This document shows, in pieces, positions 1 through 12,769 of a DNA stretch of 64,000 nucleotides. The notes below the pieces were generated by a model. It was not told where the DNA came from and made no database searches. It saw only the letters and a list, made by a program, of their open reading frames with translations. Numbering within the stretch: the stretch's first letter is position 1; each line of letters begins with the position of its first letter. A program made the translations under genes and the position numbers. Origin of the DNA: Eledone cirrhosa (taxonomy: Eukaryota); assembly GCA_964016885.1 (NCBI GenBank), contig OZ024744.1:87730001-87794000 (forward strand). The letters are read 5' to 3'.

Positions 1-205
1 TGATAGCTAACAAGCTTGAAACTAGTACATCGTTCCTGTGTCAGTGTTGAACAAAAAGGTGACGTGGTTGCCTTAACACCGTATGGCATAAATTCAGGCT
101 GTTCGCTTTGTTGACAAACAAACGAACAAAGCGGCCGGCGTTATAATAAACGTAGGCTAAACTGATGCGTGCATATATGTATGTGTACCTGTATGCATAT
201 GTGTA

Positions 206-240
<35 letters not shown>

Positions 241-397
241 GCATGCTACTGTACGTCTGTATACATATATGTATGTACGTATACATACATACTTACATTT
301 AAGTAAGTGCCATACTAAGAGTGAGAAATGAAATTTCGTTTTCATTTTTTTTCAACTAATCGTTTTCGGTATGCCTGACCGATTTAACTCACTCAAT

Positions 398-405
398 ATG
401 CAAAT
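398..405 (+). promoter_or_regulatory. Octamer motif ATGCAAAT in each 489-bp unit
   Basis: Exact match about 110 nt upstream of the predicted cleavage site; retained as ATTTGCAT near 5659 in the diverged inverted copy. Function is inferred only. Confidence 0.4.
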
Positions 406-478
406 TAGGCTGCTCAGCCGTTAATTTTCATAAGGAAAGTATATACTTTCGAATGTTCAACTATCTGGCAGATGGGTA

Positions 479-523
479 AACGGTGCTGATGATAGCTAAC
501 AAGCTTGAAACTAGTACATCGTT
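479..523 (+). ncRNA. Minimal type I hammerhead ribozyme, first of 10 complete copies (every +489 bp, last at 4880-4924; partial copy at 1-34)
   Basis: aacggtg CTGATGA t-agct-aaca-agct-t GAAA ctag TA catcgtt. Stem I aacggtg/catcgtt, intact core, palindromic stem III ACTAGT, predicted cleavage after GUA at 516. Confidence 0.9.
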
Positions 524-694
524 CCTGTGTCAGTGTTGAACAAAAAGGTGACGTGGTTGCCTTAACACCGTATGGCATAAATTCAGGCTGTTCGCTTTGT
601 TGACAAACAAACGAACAAAGCGGCCGGCGTTATAATAAACGTAGGCTAAACTGATGCGTGCATATATGTATGTGTACCTGTATGCATATGTGTA

Positions 695-729
<35 letters not shown>

Positions 730-1183
730 GCATGCTACTGTACGTCTGTATACATATATGTATGTACGTATACATACATACTTACATTTAAGTAAGTGCC
801 ATACTAAGAGTGAGAAATGAAATTTCGTTTTCATTTTTTTTCAACTAATCGTTTTCGGTATGCCTGACCGATTTAACTCACTCAATATGCAAATTAGGCT
901 GCTCAGCCGTTAATTTTCATAAGGAAAGTATATACTTTCGAATGTTCAACTATCTGGCAGATGGGTAAACGGTGCTGATGATAGCTAACAAGCTTGAAAC
1001 TAGTACATCGTTCCTGTGTCAGTGTTGAACAAAAAGGTGACGTGGTTGCCTTAACACCGTATGGCATAAATTCAGGCTGTTCGCTTTGTTGACAAACAAA
1101 CGAACAAAGCGGCCGGCGTTATAATAAACGTAGGCTAAACTGATGCGTGCATATATGTATGTGTACCTGTATGCATATGTGTA

Positions 1184-1218
<35 letters not shown>

Positions 1219-1672
1219 GCATGCTACTGTACGTCTGTATACATATATGTATGTACGTATACATACATACTTACATTTAAGTAAGTGCCATACTAAGAGT
1301 GAGAAATGAAATTTCGTTTTCATTTTTTTTCAACTAATCGTTTTCGGTATGCCTGACCGATTTAACTCACTCAATATGCAAATTAGGCTGCTCAGCCGTT
1401 AATTTTCATAAGGAAAGTATATACTTTCGAATGTTCAACTATCTGGCAGATGGGTAAACGGTGCTGATGATAGCTAACAAGCTTGAAACTAGTACATCGT
1501 TCCTGTGTCAGTGTTGAACAAAAAGGTGACGTGGTTGCCTTAACACCGTATGGCATAAATTCAGGCTGTTCGCTTTGTTGACAAACAAACGAACAAAGCG
1601 GCCGGCGTTATAATAAACGTAGGCTAAACTGATGCGTGCATATATGTATGTGTACCTGTATGCATATGTGTA

Positions 1673-1707
<35 letters not shown>

Positions 1708-2161
1708 GCATGCTACTGTACGTCTGTATACATATATGTATGTACGTATACATACATACTTACATTTAAGTAAGTGCCATACTAAGAGTGAGAAATGAAA
1801 TTTCGTTTTCATTTTTTTTCAACTAATCGTTTTCGGTATGCCTGACCGATTTAACTCACTCAATATGCAAATTAGGCTGCTCAGCCGTTAATTTTCATAA
1901 GGAAAGTATATACTTTCGAATGTTCAACTATCTGGCAGATGGGTAAACGGTGCTGATGATAGCTAACAAGCTTGAAACTAGTACATCGTTCCTGTGTCAG
2001 TGTTGAACAAAAAGGTGACGTGGTTGCCTTAACACCGTATGGCATAAATTCAGGCTGTTCGCTTTGTTGACAAACAAACGAACAAAGCGGCCGGCGTTAT
2101 AATAAACGTAGGCTAAACTGATGCGTGCATATATGTATGTGTACCTGTATGCATATGTGTA

Positions 2162-2196
<35 letters not shown>

Positions 2197-2650
2197 GCAT
2201 GCTACTGTACGTCTGTATACATATATGTATGTACGTATACATACATACTTACATTTAAGTAAGTGCCATACTAAGAGTGAGAAATGAAATTTCGTTTTCA
2301 TTTTTTTTCAACTAATCGTTTTCGGTATGCCTGACCGATTTAACTCACTCAATATGCAAATTAGGCTGCTCAGCCGTTAATTTTCATAAGGAAAGTATAT
2401 ACTTTCGAATGTTCAACTATCTGGCAGATGGGTAAACGGTGCTGATGATAGCTAACAAGCTTGAAACTAGTACATCGTTCCTGTGTCAGTGTTGAACAAA
2501 AAGGTGACGTGGTTGCCTTAACACCGTATGGCATAAATTCAGGCTGTTCGCTTTGTTGACAAACAAACGAACAAAGCGGCCGGCGTTATAATAAACGTAG
2601 GCTAAACTGATGCGTGCATATATGTATGTGTACCTGTATGCATATGTGTA

Positions 2651-2685
<35 letters not shown>

Positions 2686-3139
2686 GCATGCTACTGTACG
2701 TCTGTATACATATATGTATGTACGTATACATACATACTTACATTTAAGTAAGTGCCATACTAAGAGTGAGAAATGAAATTTCGTTTTCATTTTTTTTCAA
2801 CTAATCGTTTTCGGTATGCCTGACCGATTTAACTCACTCAATATGCAAATTAGGCTGCTCAGCCGTTAATTTTCATAAGGAAAGTATATACTTTCGAATG
2901 TTCAACTATCTGGCAGATGGGTAAACGGTGCTGATGATAGCTAACAAGCTTGAAACTAGTACATCGTTCCTGTGTCAGTGTTGAACAAAAAGGTGACGTG
3001 GTTGCCTTAACACCGTATGGCATAAATTCAGGCTGTTCGCTTTGTTGACAAACAAACGAACAAAGCGGCCGGCGTTATAATAAACGTAGGCTAAACTGAT
3101 GCGTGCATATATGTATGTGTACCTGTATGCATATGTGTA

Positions 3140-3174
<35 letters not shown>

Positions 3175-3628
3175 GCATGCTACTGTACGTCTGTATACAT
3201 ATATGTATGTACGTATACATACATACTTACATTTAAGTAAGTGCCATACTAAGAGTGAGAAATGAAATTTCGTTTTCATTTTTTTTCAACTAATCGTTTT
3301 CGGTATGCCTGACCGATTTAACTCACTCAATATGCAAATTAGGCTGCTCAGCCGTTAATTTTCATAAGGAAAGTATATACTTTCGAATGTTCAACTATCT
3401 GGCAGATGGGTAAACGGTGCTGATGATAGCTAACAAGCTTGAAACTAGTACATCGTTCCTGTGTCAGTGTTGAACAAAAAGGTGACGTGGTTGCCTTAAC
3501 ACCGTATGGCATAAATTCAGGCTGTTCGCTTTGTTGACAAACAAACGAACAAAGCGGCCGGCGTTATAATAAACGTAGGCTAAACTGATGCGTGCATATA
3601 TGTATGTGTACCTGTATGCATATGTGTA

Positions 3629-3663
<35 letters not shown>

Positions 3664-4117
3664 GCATGCTACTGTACGTCTGTATACATATATGTATGTA
3701 CGTATACATACATACTTACATTTAAGTAAGTGCCATACTAAGAGTGAGAAATGAAATTTCGTTTTCATTTTTTTTCAACTAATCGTTTTCGGTATGCCTG
3801 ACCGATTTAACTCACTCAATATGCAAATTAGGCTGCTCAGCCGTTAATTTTCATAAGGAAAGTATATACTTTCGAATGTTCAACTATCTGGCAGATGGGT
3901 AAACGGTGCTGATGATAGCTAACAAGCTTGAAACTAGTACATCGTTCCTGTGTCAGTGTTGAACAAAAAGGTGACGTGGTTGCCTTAACACCGTATGGCA
4001 TAAATTCAGGCTGTTCGCTTTGTTGACAAACAAACGAACAAAGCGGCCGGCGTTATAATAAACGTAGGCTAAACTGATGCGTGCATATATGTATGTGTAC
4101 CTGTATGCATATGTGTA

Positions 4118-4152
<35 letters not shown>

Positions 4153-4606
4153 GCATGCTACTGTACGTCTGTATACATATATGTATGTACGTATACATAC
4201 ATACTTACATTTAAGTAAGTGCCATACTAAGAGTGAGAAATGAAATTTCGTTTTCATTTTTTTTCAACTAATCGTTTTCGGTATGCCTGACCGATTTAAC
4301 TCACTCAATATGCAAATTAGGCTGCTCAGCCGTTAATTTTCATAAGGAAAGTATATACTTTCGAATGTTCAACTATCTGGCAGATGGGTAAACGGTGCTG
4401 ATGATAGCTAACAAGCTTGAAACTAGTACATCGTTCCTGTGTCAGTGTTGAACAAAAAGGTGACGTGGTTGCCTTAACACCGTATGGCATAAATTCAGGC
4501 TGTTCGCTTTGTTGACAAACAAACGAACAAAGCGGCCGGCGTTATAATAAACGTAGGCTAAACTGATGCGTGCATATATGTATGTGTACCTGTATGCATA
4601 TGTGTA

Positions 4607-4641
<35 letters not shown>

Positions 4642-5095
4642 GCATGCTACTGTACGTCTGTATACATATATGTATGTACGTATACATACATACTTACATT
4701 TAAGTAAGTGCCATACTAAGAGTGAGAAATGAAATTTCGTTTTCATTTTTTTTCAACTAATCGTTTTCGGTATGCCTGACCGATTTAACTCACTCAATAT
4801 GCAAATTAGGCTGCTCAGCCGTTAATTTTCATAAGGAAAGTATATACTTTCGAATGTTCAACTATCTGGCAGATGGGTAAACGGTGCTGATGATAGCTAA
4901 CAAGCTTGAAACTAGTACATCGTTCCTGTGTCAGTGTTGAACAAAAAGGTGACGTGGTTGCCTTAACACCGTATGGCATAAATTCAGGCTGTTCGCTTTG
5001 TTGACAAACAAACGAACAAAGCGGCCGGCGTTATAATAAACGTAGGCTAAACTGATGCGTGCATATATGTATGTGTACCTGTATGCATATGTGTA

Positions 5096-5130
<35 letters not shown>

Positions 5131-5190
5131 GCATGCTACTGTACGTCTGTATACATATATGTATGTACGTATACATACATACTTACATTT

Positions 5191-5271
<81 letters not shown>

Positions 5272-5539
5272 TATATAAACGGAAAAATTGAAACGAAATT
5301 TCATTTCTCACTCGAAGTACGGCTGTTACTTAAATATAAGTATGTATACGTACATACATATATGTATACAGACGTACAGAAGTATGTATATATATACATA
5401 CATGCACACATATATATATGTACGTATGGATTTACCGAACATTTATTATAATGCTCGGTGTGTTTGTAAACAAACATCCCGAATTTACCGTACAATATTT
5501 AGCAACCATCGTTGCCCTTTTGTTCAACACTGACAAAGG

Positions 5540-5584
5540 AACGATGTACTAGTTTCAAGCTTATTAGCTATCGTCAGCCCCGTA
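5540..5584 (-). ncRNA. Type I hammerhead ribozyme, array family variant
   Basis: Reverse complement: acgggg CTGACGA tagctaataagctt GAAA ctag TA catcgt. Confidence 0.82.
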
Positions 5585-5969
5585 AACCGTCCCGCCAGAT
5601 GATTGAACGTCTGAAAGTATATTCTTTCCATATGCATATTACAGGCTGAGCAGCCTAATTTGCATATCGAGTGAGTTAATCGGCCGGGCGCACCGAAAAC
5701 GATAAACGGAAAAAATGAAACGAAAATTCATTTCTCACTTTTAGTACGTCTGTTACTTAAATATAAGTATGTATACGTACATGCATATAGGTATACAGAC
5801 GTACAGTAGTATGTATATATATACATACATGCACACATATATATATATGTACATATGGATTTACCGAACATTTATTATAATGCTCGGTGTGTTTGTAAAT
5901 GAACACCCCGAATTAAACCGTTCAGTGTTTAGCAAAGATCGTTGCCCTTTTGTTCAACACTGACAAAGG

Positions 5970-6013
5970 AACGTTATACTAGTTTCAAACTTATTAGCTA
6001 TCGTCAGCACCGT
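5970..6013 (-). ncRNA. Type I hammerhead ribozyme, array family variant
   Basis: Reverse complement: acggtg CTGACGA tagctaataagttt GAAA ctag TA taacgt. Confidence 0.8.
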
Positions 6014-6095
6014 ATACCTTCCTACCAGATGATTATAAATGTTCCGTAAATCCATACGTACATATATATATGTTTGCATGTATGTATATATGTGC

Positions 6096-6171
<76 letters not shown>

Positions 6172-6285
6172 GTTTGTATATGTATAATAAAGCCAAAACA
6201 ATGCAGGTATGGACATAGAATAATGAATCCAAATTCAAAAGATATTGTTGACAATTAGTCTTTTACCATATATTTATTTAAATGT

Positions 6286-6320
6286 CCTTAATTTTCGAGA
6301 TAATATCTCTTCTTCGGAGG
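6286..6320 (-). ncRNA. Degenerate minimal hammerhead (CCGAAGA core variant)
   Basis: Reverse complement: cct CCGAAGA a-gagat-att-atctc GAAA at TA agg; lies about 400 nt downstream of the GIY-YIG fragment on the same strand. Confidence 0.5.
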
Positions 6321-6716
6321 GAAGTAAAGCGGTTAAACCAGTGTTCTAAATAGCTTGCCAAGTCATGCTGACAGGAAATGGTATAGAGTATCTGTTCTAT
6401 CTCAATGTCAAAGAGTTAATGCTAAGTGGATAAAGAGTAGTCTTCCTTTAAAAGGTTTGTTTTTTTTACATGCCTGTTTAAGTGTATGGGAGAATGCATG
6501 AAGGTGTAAGTATGAAAGTGTGTGTGTTTGAGTGTGAGAAGATATGACGATACGTAAATGTGGGGGATAGATGTTATGTCTTGTTAGAACTGGTCTTTGT
6601 GTGTGTATGTGTGTGTGTGAGAGAGAATAAGTGGATGTGTAGGCGTGTGTGTGTGCGTGTGTGTGTGCGTGTGCGTGTGTGTGTGGGGGGGGGTAAATAT
6701 GGGGCTAGAAGCTCTA

Positions 6717-6928
6717 TCAAGTTATATATTGGGTGTTGAGTTCTAGTCTATTATTGATTGGTGGTTGTGTTTTGTCTATAATTAGTGCTTCCTTAATTCT
6801 AAGATTGCCGAGGTTTCTTTCCTTAGTTTCTATCCTAACTGTTATGGTTTTGTCGGTGTTTTTGCATTTAACTAGGGGTTTCTTAAATGAGGAAGCGTTA
6901 GTATTGAGGTGTTCTTTTATAACCTCCT

Positions 6929-6930
<2 letters not shown>
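6717..6930 (-). mobile_element. Penelope-like element 3' fragment (C-terminal GIY-YIG endonuclease region)
   Basis: [19 protein letters not shown]...[21 protein letters not shown] fits the EH...EAL.I...P.IN pattern of PLE endonuclease C-termini. Confidence 0.75.
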
Positions 6931-6974
<44 letters not shown>

Positions 6975-6994
6975 TGTATATATATATATATATA

Positions 6995-7059
<65 letters not shown>

Positions 7060-7075
7060 TATATATATATATATA

Positions 7076-7136
<61 letters not shown>

Positions 7137-7259
7137 GGAGGTGAGTTTTATTGTAGTACAATAAAGCAATGCAGATATCGGATAAGAAGCACTCTACAGT
7201 TTGTAGGACTGGAGTATACATAATATAAGATCAAAAGATGGTTAAAGGAGTTCCATGTA

Positions 7260-7326
7260 TTTTATTATGCGCATTTCAAAAACAAACATCATCATGCAAT
7301 AATATTTGTGTTTTCATCAGATAAAA
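7260..7326 (-). ncRNA. Type I hammerhead ribozyme
   Basis: Reverse complement: ttttat CTGATGA aaacacaaata..tgtttgttttt GAAA tgcgca TA ataaaa; palindromic stem III ATGCGCAT. Confidence 0.85.
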
Positions 7327-7422
7327 CAGGAGAACATGATATGAAGGCTAAAAAACACTTATGGATAGTGCAGTTTTAAATCAACATATGAAAAGTGGTT
7401 TTAGATTGATGTGTGATATTGG

Positions 7423-7862
7423 GAAAAATATTTTATTTAGAGAGGGGGGGGGAAGGATGAAAAAGGGGAGGAGATGAGAGTGAAGGTGGAGAGGGAGAGA
7501 TGGGTGATAGAGAGAAAGAGATAGTTTTTATAACTGAGAGAAGATATATTGTTTTACATAGAGAGGTTGAAAACCGTTGTAAGATAATGTATAAATTAAA
7601 AGAATTTGAAAATTAACGAAGGGAAAAATATGTACGAGGAAAAAATATTTTATTTAGGGAGGGGGGTGGAAAGGATGAAAAAAGGGGAGGAGATGAGAGT
7701 GAAGGTGGAGAGGGAGAGATGGCTGATAGAGAGAAAGAGATAGTTTTTATAACTGAGAAAAGATATATTGTTTTACATAGAGAGGTTGAAAACCGTTGGA
7801 AGATAATGTATAAATTAAAAGAATTTGAAAATTAACGAAGGGAAAAATATGTACGAGGAAAG
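7423..7862. repeat. Two-copy tandem duplication, about 218-bp unit, purine-rich
   Basis: The block aaaaatattttatttag...aaaaatatgtacgaggaa occurs twice. Confidence 0.85.
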
Positions 7863-8540
7863 AGAGGTAGTTTATGTATGAAGATAGAGAGAAAAAATAA
7901 TAATTGCGGATGAATATTCTAACGTCAAAAAGGTGTATGTTGATAAGTATTATGGCAATTTCAAAATTAACGAAGAGAAAAAATTATTAAGGTTTGTGTG
8001 TAGAAGGATTTGAGAAAAATAATGTGAAGTTAAAGTTTGTATTTTGAAGGAATTGATAATATGTGCGAAGAAAGAGTTAATATGTATTAAACAATTATTA
8101 AGGTTTGTGTATTAGATGATTTGAGAAAAATAATGTGAAGTTAAGGTTTGTATATTGAAGGAGTTGATAATATGTGCGAAGAAAGAGTTAATATGTATTA
8201 AGAATGAGTTCGTTGATGGGGAGAAAAAAATAATAAATTAAGGATGAAATTGAGATTAAAAAGTTTTATGATAGAGAGAAAAAATAATAATAATTGCGGA
8301 TGAATATTCTAACGTCAAAAAAACAAATGTATATGTTATGAAGGATTTTACAAGGTGAAGATAGAATGAGGGTAATGAGTAAACAAGTATTATAGAGTGT
8401 ATAATGCCCTTTGAAGTAAGGTAGGAAGATGGGTATATTTTAAAGAGGTGTATGTATATGTGCCTTTGAGAAAAGATTCTAAATTGATAAAGAATTGAAT
8501 ATTAGCTGTGTACTTTGTGAAAAGTCCTATGGAATTTACA

Positions 8541-8756
<216 letters not shown>

Positions 8757-8767
8757 TATATATATAT

Positions 8768-8807
<40 letters not shown>

Positions 8808-8811
8808 TGTA

Positions 8812-8846
<35 letters not shown>

Positions 8847-8903
8847 GTATATACATACATATATACATACATATATATATATATACTGTGTATATATATA
8901 TAC

Positions 8904-8964
<61 letters not shown>

Positions 8965-9000
8965 CATATATATATACATATATATATACATATATATACA

Positions 9001-9218
9001 TGGCGTGTGGCTGAGTGGTTAGAGAATTGGATTCGCAATTGTTAGGTTGTGAGTTCGATTCCTGCAGCAGGCGATGCGTTATGTCTTTGAGTAAGACACT
9101 TTATTTCACGTTGCTCCTTCTACCTGGAGTTGCGACCGATAGATAGTATTAGCAATTGGAAAGACCAACGGAAACATTGTCCCGTCGGTCCGATTTGACG
9201 AAAGTCGATCGTTCCTTT
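9001..9218 (+). mobile_element. tRNA-derived SINE (family 2, CORE-like)
   Basis: A box TGGCTGAGTGG, B box GTTCGATTCC, followed by tgtctttgagtaagacacttta; near-identical copy at 57912. Confidence 0.85.
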
Positions 9219-9558
9219 ATATATACATATATATATAAAGATTTTTATATAAATATATATTTTAGTATATATATATTAGTATTTATATATATTAGTATAG
9301 TTAATATGAAGCAATGAGAGGGATGTAATAAAGTTTCAGGAAGCCAGTACAATGCGGTAGAAATATATAGAGAGCAAAGTATAAGAAATAAAACAAAACA
9401 AATTCATTCTTTTGCATTGTTTTTTGTTTACTTTTTACCGGTACTTATGTACTTGGTATAAAAGAAACACTACTTTGGTTTGTTCTATTTGTCATACTTT
9501 TTACTTTATATATTTCTAGCGCATTATGCAGGCTTCTGAGACACACAGACACACACAG

Positions 9559-9600
<42 letters not shown>

Positions 9601-9719
9601 GAAGGAGGTGAGTTTTATTGTAGTACAATAAAGCAATGCAGATATCGGATAAGAAGCACTCTACAGTTTGTAGGACTGGAGTATACATAATATATAAGAA
9701 CAAAAGATGGATTTGTTCT

Positions 9720-9779
<60 letters not shown>

Positions 9780-9784
9780 GTGTC

Positions 9785-9842
<58 letters not shown>

Positions 9843-9849
9843 CACATAG

Positions 9850-9960
<111 letters not shown>

Positions 9961-10415
9961 CATACTTATATATATATATATATATAACTTTATATCTGAA
10001 GACGGCGGGTAGTGAAGACGTATGTATTTATTTTGTTACTATGATATTTTGTAATATGTTTTACATAGATCAACAGACCCACAGACAGATACAAACACAC
10101 AGAGACCCACAAATACACTGAGACACACAGACACACAGACACATACAGCAACATCTAGAACAGCGTTTCTCAAACGGTGTTCCCCGGTACCTTAGGATTC
10201 CGCAAGAGGTCGCTAGTGGTTCCGCGCGAACCAGTGATAAATGAACATACAGGGGAATACCCCCCAGAAACGATCGTAAAATTATGAGTGTTAGTATGAA
10301 CTAACAGTTTTGTGTTTAATTTCATTGTTTTTATATTTCTCTCTATATATATATATGTAGATTATTATAGATCGCTAGATACATGCATAGATATAATCTC
10401 AGATATATCTATTCG

Positions 10416-10915
10416 TAATAATTGTTTCTACTTTTGGCACAAGGTGAGCAAATGCCCAGTGTATTACTGGTACTTTATTTTATCGACCCCGTAAGGATGA
10501 AAGGCAAAGTTAACCTCGTATAATAATTGTTTCTTCTTTTGGCACAAGGCCAGCAATTTAACCAGTGCATTACAGGTACTTTATTTTATCGACCCCGAAA
10601 GGATGAAATACAAAGTTAAGCTCGTATAATAATTGTTTCTACTTTTGGCACAATGCCAGCAATTTAATCAGTGCATTACTGGTACTTTATTTTATCGACC
10701 CCGAAAGGATGAAATACAAAGTTAAGCTCGTATAATAATTGTTTCTACTTTTGGCACAATGCCAGCAATTTAATCAGTGCATTACTGGTACTTTATTTTA
10801 TCGACCCCGTAAGGATGAAAGCCAAAGTTAACTTCGGCGGGATTTGAACACAGAATGGCAAGGGCCGTAACACTATGCGTCAAAGCATGGCGTCCGACCC
10901 TCTACCGACAATCGC
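10416..10915 (-). mobile_element. SINE family 1 copy with its 3' ~105 bp repeated four times in tandem
   Basis: aataattgtttc..ggcacaa..tttatcgacccc starts near 10416, 10521, 10628 and 10734. Confidence 0.85.
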
Positions 10916-11048
10916 ACGTATGTGTGCTTGTGTGTTCGCACGTGAGTGCGCGTTCGCGTCTGTATATCCCAACGATTGTGTATGTGTGTATGTGTTGATA
11001 GTCGAAATATGGGACAGTATGTGTGTATGTATATGTCTGTGTGTGTGT

Positions 11049-11121
<73 letters not shown>

Positions 11122-11263
11122 CGCGCGCGCGCGTATATGTGTATGGATGTATGTGTAGTTTTGTCTGTGTGTCGGTAACGAGTCCTCTTCCCTTTTACCT
11201 ATCTAGATAAGCGTCAATTTTAACTTGACAATCTATTTTGATTCTCTAATGAGGAATTCCCTC

Positions 11264-11342
<79 letters not shown>

Positions 11343-11929
11343 CGTGTGTGTGTGTGTGTATATGTTTATATATATTTATATATGTTCATACATATATATA
11401 CGTGTGTCTGTGTTAAGTATTTCCGTAGAAAAAGTAGATGAAAGAAGAGTGCTCTATGTATAGTATAGAGCTAATTAATTATATAATAACAACACAATAT
11501 AGTTATTCCATTACCGAAGGTTTCAGGAGACTAGAAACTACACTACAGAAACTAAATAACTATTTCATCTGGTGAACGAGCTGGACGTTGCTGTAGTGTT
11601 CGTCTAGTCTCCAGAAACCTTTTACAATGAAATAATTATATTGTGTTGTTTATTATGTAATTATATATATATAATTTAAACTGTTATTTTAATAAATATA
11701 TTATAAACGGCTCTCATATATCTGATATATATTTATCTCTATTGAGCCGTCTTTGGATTTTAGTCTTCAAATTTGTTATTATTACTATATATATATTTAT
11801 ATATTTATTAAAATAACAGATTAAAGTTTAAGCAAAGAATCGCTGCTTTCACCCTTAACGGGTATTTGATATATATTTATCCCTATCGAGCCCTCTTTGG
11901 ATTTTAGTCTTCAAATTTATTATTATTAC

Positions 11930-12025
<96 letters not shown>

Positions 12026-12769
12026 TGTTTGTGTAGGGTCCAATTGGAGGTAACCACAGTAAGTTAGATAATCAATATATAGCAGAGTATAAATGTTTAA
12101 TATAGAAATGGCTTCTACAGGACGAGCACTGTTTGATTCTAAGAAAATCATCAGCAAATTATGATTTCCTTCGAATGACACAGTTCTAGTCCTATAGAAT
12201 ACATTTACATATTAAACATATATATATGTATATATCTACAATAATGCTGACGGCCGTATGTAGGTAACAATCTTTCCGCCAAACGGCTGGACCAAACAGC
12301 ACCAAATTTGCACCATAGATGTAACTTTTTCCAAGTAAAAAATTGAGGGTATTTTTGTCTACTGAATTTTGTTAAAAGGTTACAGACATTATTTAAATAT
12401 TCACTTCTTTAAAATTTCAAATGTCAACACTTCCGGTTATACGTCATTCCTCACTTTTTCTTATGACGTCGTACAACATTCCCCCGCTTTTTCTTAGTCT
12501 GTCTTTTTAGATAGATACATAGCGCGGGGTCGATAAAATAAAGTACTAGTAATGCACTGGGTAATTGCTGGCCTTGTGCCAAAAGTAGAAACAATTAGAT
12601 AACGTTTTTCGAAATATTTACTTCTGCGTTCTTTTAGTTTCAGAAGATCCCATTAAGGATTCTTTGCTTAAACTTTAATCTGTTATTTTAATATATATAT
12701 ATATATTCGTGTACAGATATTTTTACATACACAAAAAAACAAAAACCTATTTATTTCATGTACGCACAG

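Larger units (their letters stand above)
1..5190 (+). repeat. Tandem array of a 489-bp unit, about 10.6 apparently identical copies, running off the window start; one hammerhead ribozyme per unit (retrozyme-like)
   Basis: The ORF track repeats exactly every 489 bp, and the units look identical by eye, including the internal (TA)n length. Confidence 0.98.
5277..6030 (-). repeat. About 1.75 diverged inverted copies (430-bp period) of the array unit
   Basis: Reverse-complement blocks of the unit recur at about 5278 and 5705; separated from the array by (TA)n. Confidence 0.9.

Noticed and set aside
1-5190. CRISPR-like array
   Set aside because: Whole units are identical with no unique spacers, there are no cas genes, and the context is eukaryotic.
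41-5451. Repeated 81-aa and 62-aa ORFs in the array
   Set aside because: They are YI/HT-rich read-through of TA/TG microsatellites with no protein-like signal.
9001-9075. tRNA gene
   Set aside because: The A/B boxes continue into a repeated SINE body and no acceptor stem is evident.
10251-10285. gggg-aata-cccc..GAAACGATCGTA, with a similar motif on the minus strand near 25490
   Set aside because: Only the 3' half of a hammerhead; no CUGANGA.
12112-12160. Minus-strand CTGATGA with an ACAG/CTGT stem
   Set aside because: GAAA is missing and stem I does not pair; at most a decayed remnant.
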